Source of the DNA: a virus
Lineage: Duplodnaviria > Caudoviricetes
Direction: 5' to 3' (one strand)
Length of the DNA stretch: 64,000 nucleotides
IMG/VR virus record: IMGVR_UViG_3300036958_000333
Coordinates: 160,001 to 224,000 of that record
The stretch's first letter is position 1. Each line of letters starts with the position of its first letter. The notes under the pieces were generated by a model that saw only the letters and a program-made list of their open reading frames with translations, was not told where the DNA came from and ran no database searches. A program made the position numbers and the translations under genes. Positions 58,987-64,000 of the stretch are shown piece by piece.

Positions 58987-59779
58987 AACTGGAATAGAAA
59001 TTGAATTTGCAGATGTTAATATTTTTAATAAAAAAATATGCAAAGAGATATTTGTTAATTTAAAACTTCCATGTAATGAAAAAAACAACGATTTATATAA
59101 TCAGTGGATAGTTAAAGATGATCCAACATGTGGTTTTGAGATTAATACACCAATAATATATTCTAATAATGATTTTTATAATTTAAAGATTGTATTAAAA
59201 GAAATAAAAAAAACATATAAAGAAGAAGAAATAATAAATAAAGATTGTGGATTACATGTGCATATCGATATATCAAATTTTGTTAATGTAAAACAGTTTT
59301 TATATTTATTACAAATAACTAAAATACTTGAAAATACAATTATATTTAAAATTACAAACAAAACAAGAATAAGAAATAAATATTGTAAAAAAATATGTTA
59401 TTATAGCAAAGTTAAACAATGTTTAAATAACGATCTTAAAAAATTTTCTAAAAATATAAACAAATTACCAAAAAATTCCGGATTAAGTATAAAATCATAT
59501 AGCACTCTTGGTACAGCAGAATTTAGATATTATCAATCAACATTAAATTATTATGAAATAATAAATTGGATAAATTTTTTACAAAAAATAATTGATTTTA
59601 TATTTGATAAAAATAATATAAAATGGTTAGATAATAACTATTATAAAATAATGAATAAAACAAAAAAAATTAGCCATAAAAAAATATTTAAAATTCTTAA
59701 ATTAAATAGAGAAACTATTAATTTTATACAAAAAAAGGTTAAAGAAAATGTACGGAATGTTTTATGTAAAAAAAAATAA
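58979..59779 (+). CDS. Putative amidoligase (COOH-NH2 ligase family)
   Basis: GIEIEF, W.VKDD.TCGFEINTP, CGLHVHI, TAEFR. Confidence 0.85.
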   Translation: MRKTGIEIEFADVNIFNKKICKEIFVNLKLPCNEKNNDLYNQWIVKDDPTCGFEINTPIIYSNNDFYNLKIVLKEIKKTYKEEEIINKDCGLHVHIDISNFVNVKQFLYLLQITKILENTIIFKITNKTRIRNKYCKKICYYSKVKQCLNNDLKKFSKNINKLPKNSGLSIKSYSTLGTAEFRYYQSTLNYYEIINWINFLQKIIDFIFDKNNIKWLDNNYYKIMNKTKKISHKKIFKILKLNRETINFIQKKVKENVRNVLCKKK

Positions 59780-60080
59780 TGTTGTAAATATAATATTTTT
59801 ATTTGAAATTAATAAAAATTATCCATATGAAACAAAAAATAATAATATAAGAATATTTGATTGGAAACAGGTTAAAATAAATAATATAATAAAAAATAAA
59901 ATAATAAAAAGTATTAATGAAAATTTCAAACAACCAATAGAAACTTATTATCAAATATTTAAAGATAAAAATGAAATAAAAAAATTTTGTAAAATTAATA
60001 ATATACAAAATTTAGAATCAATATTTAAAACATCTAATCTAGAAATAGATATAGATAACTTACTTTCTCTTAGAATCTGA
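59748..60080 (+). CDS. Hypothetical protein
   Basis: 110 aa ORF. Confidence 0.45.
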   Translation: MYGMFYVKKNNVVNIIFLFEINKNYPYETKNNNIRIFDWKQVKINNIIKNKIIKSINENFKQPIETYYQIFKDKNEIKKFCKINNIQNLESIFKTSNLEIDIDNLLSLRI

Positions 60081-60404
60081 TTTTTTATTCTTATGTCTTC
60101 TTAAAAATATTCTAGGAACTATAATAGAACGATTAGTATCTATAACTTTCACAACAATATCGTTTTTATCACACTCTTTTATAATTCCACCATTTTTCTT
60201 TAAAAGATTATAATTTTCCATTAATAAATCTTTATCTTTGTTTAAATATCCGATTTTAGAAATAACATTTTTTTCAGATAACCTTATAACAACTCTTTCT
60301 CCTATTTTTAGTTTATTATTTTCATCAAAAACAATAGATGATTCATTACTAGATATCAACCATTTTTTAAAATCTTTTAATGAAAATGAAGGTTCATTAT
60401 TCAT
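60060..60404 (-). CDS. Hypothetical protein
   Basis: 114 aa; FSLKDFKKWL N-terminal motif. Confidence 0.55.
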   Translation of the reverse strand: MNNEPSFSLKDFKKWLISSNESSIVFDENNKLKIGERVVIRLSEKNVISKIGYLNKDKDLLMENYNLLKKNGGIIKECDKNDIVVKVIDTNRSIIVPRIFLRRHKNKKSDSKRK

Positions 60405-60422
60405 AAAATCACCAATATACGA

Positions 60423-63400
60423 TTATATATTTTTATTTAAAACAATTGTTGCAATAAGTTTTCTTTTAGTATTATCTGTTCCATGATTGTTTTTTATTAT
60501 CGTACTATTGGGATTAACCATTTTTACTTGTAAATATTCCCTATCATTCCCAGAAGTTCCTTTTTGATTAAAATTTTTAGGTTCCCAATATCCTCCTGTA
60601 TATAAATTCATAGTAATATTATTAATAGATGGAGTAAAAGCAGGTTCATTGGTATTCATTCCTATAAATACTTTTATTTTATTTGTAATTCCTTCTATAA
60701 ATCCAAGATAAGCCTGTGGAATATTTCTTTCTTCATGTCTTAAATAATTATTCCATCCAGACCATGGCCAAGATAATATATTTGATAATTCAGAGAACTC
60801 CATTCCTTGTTCCATAATATCTTTAGAATCAACTATAAACCACAAATCCATATCACTATTATACTTTTTCCATGTTAAACCATCGTCGAAAGAAAATAAT
60901 AATTTTATTTGAGTATCTTGCCATTGCATATATGTACTTGGATCATAAATTTCTATTGGCATTTTTAAAGATTCTGATCCAACTAATTTATTATTATATG
61001 TTGCTGTATTTATTTCTATTTCAAATCCAGCTATAGAAGCATCATATTCACTAACCGTACTTAAATCAAATTTAACATCAAAATAAGAATGTGGAACAGT
61101 AGTGTCTGTCATATCTGAAATGTAAATAAGTTTTAAATCTTCATCATCTTCTGTTGCATCATATATTTTCAATATATTATCTTTTTTTAATATTAACTCA
61201 TCACCTTTAATAAATTCAAAACCTTCATCGTATAATATGAAATATTGATAATATTCTATATTAGTATTTTCTTTTCTAAATATTATTTTTCCAAAACAAT
61301 AAGCTTGTTTATCTTCTAATACGTCGATTATTTTAATTAAATTAGAATTTCCAGGACTATCATATAAAGAATTAATATTTTTTAATTCATTTAAAACCCA
61401 ATTTGGAACATTAATATAAGTATTTGGAATATATGCTGTTTCACCAGTAATATCAGAAATAGAAATATAATTTTTCATAATATAAACATCTATATTCTCA
61501 GAAGAAGAAGATGGAAAAACGTTTGATTCAGGGCTACTATCTAATGTAATTATAGTCTCGGTATTAGATAATATTTTATAATTTCCTTCTAATTCTGAAT
61601 ATTTTGACGTTATTGTCAATATTTTTCCTGCAAATTCATTAATAACAAATCCAGATCCTTGAAATTGATCTGTAGCTATTATTTTACCAATTATTTTTTT
61701 ACATATAGAATTATCATAAACTTCTGTATTATATGTTAACATTCTAGTTCTATCATCTCTTATTCTTGATGCTGTTTCAGTATCCACATATATTTCTTGA
61801 GTATGAACCCATGATGGAATCCTAGAAGAATATTCTCCTCCAATTTTATCTCCAATATATCTAACTAAATGATTAGATATATTGGTTTTATAATAACTAT
61901 TATTATAATGATCTTTTGTATGATAATTAATATCTACTAATTCTATAAGTATATCAGTTGGTATAATCATATCAGTTATAAAAACATTATTATTTATTTC
62001 ATTTTTAGTTTCATCTTCATCAGAAAATTTATCAAATGATCCGCTTATTGTTATTGTATCTAAATTATTACTTTCAATAACATAAACTCCAGTAAAAGAA
62101 CTAGAACTTGAACGCGGTATATATAAAAGTTTTCCAATAAGTTCATCTTCTTCATAATTTAGAATCAACGTTGATTTAAATTCAGTTGAGCTTATTATTT
62201 TTCCATCACCAATGTTTTCTAAATTATCTTTACATAAATAAAAATAAATATTTTCATCATCTTTATCTTTTTCTAATGTATTAATATATAATTTTCCATT
62301 ATCATAATTAAATATTCCTTTAAATATAAAATTATCATAATATACATTTTCAGGTTCAGTATGTAATGAAGAAAAATTGCTATATATTAATAACTTAAAA
62401 GTATCTATGTTTTCAAATTCAATATATCCTAGTCCAGCAGGGACATTGTTATCTAAATCATTATATCTTATTCTAGGCTTTACATAAAAAGAACAATAAT
62501 ATATTGGACACATATACTTGCCTAATAATAACAGATTTAAAGTAATTTTTGCTATTCCCCAAATCGAATAATAAGAATCTAATTCTAAATTATAATTTGT
62601 AACCTCTCCTATTTTTACTGGAGGATTTTCTTTTACTATATTTTTATGTTTTAAACTTATATATTTATCTTTATCAGATCCATCTATTTCTTCCATACGA
62701 TAAATATCTGATTTTTCATTTTGTATAAATACAGAAGGAGAATTCCATTTTAATAAGTTATCAATAACTGTTTTTCCATGAGTTCTCCCTCCAAAATATA
62801 TTCCTCTATTCTCAGAATCAGTTACTAATGCTCCCCATGTGTTTTTATATGGTTTTATACCAACGTCAGTGCTATAATTTTTCCAATTTACTCCGGTTAA
62901 TTCTAAAAAATGAGTATTTTCAATTTTAGAAATATAAGGAATATAATTTGTAGAAAAAGATTGATGTAATGTATTTATAATTTGTATGTGTAATGTTCCT
63001 GTACTGGAATCAAACCAAGATTTTCCACTTCTTATAGTTGGATCAGGATTATACTGACCGCCAGATAATTCAATAAAAGCAAGATTAAAAGCAAAATACG
63101 AACTATTTGGAATAAAATATTCTACATATGAATTTATACCACTATTATAAACTCCAACATAAACAACATGATCTCCACTTCCAGGTCCTCCTGGAATTGT
63201 TATAGTTAGTTTAGATATTATAGTCCATCTTCTTTCACCTATAGGAGATCCATTAGAAGGCCAATATATTCCGTCTATTTCGGTTTCAATTCTACTATCT
63301 CCACTAATTGTAATTCCATCATCATGTAAATAAACATGATGTATCCAATCTGGATGTGATTCTGTTATTTTATCACTTCCGCTATACAAATCAAAATCGT

Positions 63401-63977
63401 CAAAATTAGTCGAATCATATATGCTAAATTCATCAAACCTGTCATTTTCTATTGATATTGTTTTTTCCTGAGCTAAAGAATTTAATTCGTTATTTGAACA
63501 TCTTAAACCATTAGGAACAACAAATAAAGAGCTTAATTTTAAATTAGAAATAATAGTATAATCATTATCTTTTTTAACAAAATCTATATTTCTATTTAAT
63601 GTTGATAAATTAACTTTTCTTCTTGTATAATTTAATTTCCCACACCATATATCATCTAAAGATTTTGACGTAATATAATTTCTTGGATTAATATCATCAT
63701 TATTTCCACATGCTATCCATATTTCATTATCAAGATCTCGTTTCTTTATATATTCTATATAATTTTTTCCATCTGTATGATTATCAACAATAGGTGGAAT
63801 TTCTATATTTCTATTTATAATCGCTATTCCATTTCCATTTCTTGATTTAGGAATATCATCTGTCAAATTTTTAATATAAGCCCATCCAACATTAACATCT
63901 TGGGCTCCTATTATTAATAGAGTATTATCATAATAATTAGTATAATCAGAAGTAGTAAATCCTCCAAAATATATCAT
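60423..63977 (-). CDS. Large virion (tail/baseplate-associated) protein
   Basis: 1184 aa beta-rich; internal repeat (DELIGKLLYI..GVYVIESN / NEFAGKILTI..GNYKILSN); C-terminal SFDDGLTW..QGM. Confidence 0.55.
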   Translation of the reverse strand: MIYFGGFTTSDYTNYYDNTLLIIGAQDVNVGWAYIKNLTDDIPKSRNGNGIAIINRNIEIPPIVDNHTDGKNYIEYIKKRDLDNEIWIACGNNDDINPRNYITSKSLDDIWCGKLNYTRRKVNLSTLNRNIDFVKKDNDYTIISNLKLSSLFVVPNGLRCSNNELNSLAQEKTISIENDRFDEFSIYDSTNFDDFDLYSGSDKITESHPDWIHHVYLHDDGITISGDSRIETEIDGIYWPSNGSPIGERRWTIISKLTITIPGGPGSGDHVVYVGVYNSGINSYVEYFIPNSSYFAFNLAFIELSGGQYNPDPTIRSGKSWFDSSTGTLHIQIINTLHQSFSTNYIPYISKIENTHFLELTGVNWKNYSTDVGIKPYKNTWGALVTDSENRGIYFGGRTHGKTVIDNLLKWNSPSVFIQNEKSDIYRMEEIDGSDKDKYISLKHKNIVKENPPVKIGEVTNYNLELDSYYSIWGIAKITLNLLLLGKYMCPIYYCSFYVKPRIRYNDLDNNVPAGLGYIEFENIDTFKLLIYSNFSSLHTEPENVYYDNFIFKGIFNYDNGKLYINTLEKDKDDENIYFYLCKDNLENIGDGKIISSTEFKSTLILNYEEDELIGKLLYIPRSSSSSFTGVYVIESNNLDTITISGSFDKFSDEDETKNEINNNVFITDMIIPTDILIELVDINYHTKDHYNNSYYKTNISNHLVRYIGDKIGGEYSSRIPSWVHTQEIYVDTETASRIRDDRTRMLTYNTEVYDNSICKKIIGKIIATDQFQGSGFVINEFAGKILTITSKYSELEGNYKILSNTETIITLDSSPESNVFPSSSSENIDVYIMKNYISISDITGETAYIPNTYINVPNWVLNELKNINSLYDSPGNSNLIKIIDVLEDKQAYCFGKIIFRKENTNIEYYQYFILYDEGFEFIKGDELILKKDNILKIYDATEDDEDLKLIYISDMTDTTVPHSYFDVKFDLSTVSEYDASIAGFEIEINTATYNNKLVGSESLKMPIEIYDPSTYMQWQDTQIKLLFSFDDGLTWKKYNSDMDLWFIVDSKDIMEQGMEFSELSNILSWPWSGWNNYLRHEERNIPQAYLGFIEGITNKIKVFIGMNTNEPAFTPSINNITMNLYTGGYWEPKNFNQKGTSGNDREYLQVKMVNPNSTIIKNNHGTDNTKRKLIATIVLNKNI

Positions 63978-64000
63978 AGCTATGTTTTCTACATATGGAT

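Noticed and set aside
687-60486. Other short ORFs nested in or opposite long genes (e.g. 687, 2212, 9299, 16387, 18164, 19120, 22185, 25065, 45127, 47501, 59176)
   Set aside because: Overlap well-supported genes, with no RBS or motif
1-64000. Stop-codon reassignment (TGA=Gly/Trp, TAG or TAA recoding)
   Set aside because: Core genes are full length in the standard code and TAA, TGA and TAG all end real frames; in-frame stops occur in only two accessory genes
1-64000. CRISPR array, tRNA or rRNA genes
   Set aside because: No spaced direct repeats or cloverleafs seen by eye other than the tmRNA ends; a tRNAscan run was not possible

Overview
Very AT-rich (about 80% AT by eye), gene-dense 64 kb segment of a large T4-like (jumbo) tailed phage read in the standard code. 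Left part (1-25 kb): head/neck morphogenesis genes (gp15-like, gp14-like, major capsid gp23 plus a broken paralog, scaffold gp22, prohead protease gp21, intein-containing portal gp20) mixed with glycosyltransferases and free-standing endonucleases. Middle (26-50 kb): ClpP-like protease, ThyA, tmRNA, DHFR, DinG-like helicase, 5'-3' exonuclease, Fpg-like protein, dUTPase, and a family-C polymerase (DnaE) in three pieces: a separate PHP-containing subunit 11 kb upstream, and two halves joined by a split intein with a nuclease gene between them. Right part (50-64 kb): sugar-modification cluster, amidoligase, large virion protein. Most unusual items: the three-part DnaE, a stand-alone mini-intein with almost no extein next to dnaE, a divergent thymidylate-synthase-like/radical SAM/short peptide/methyltransferase cluster, about ten proteins with T4-type capsid-targeting N-termini (four with disrupted frames), a single gene enclosed by an 18-bp perfect inverted repeat, and a codon-skew switch inside the portal gene. 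All calls come from manual motif recognition; no searches were run.
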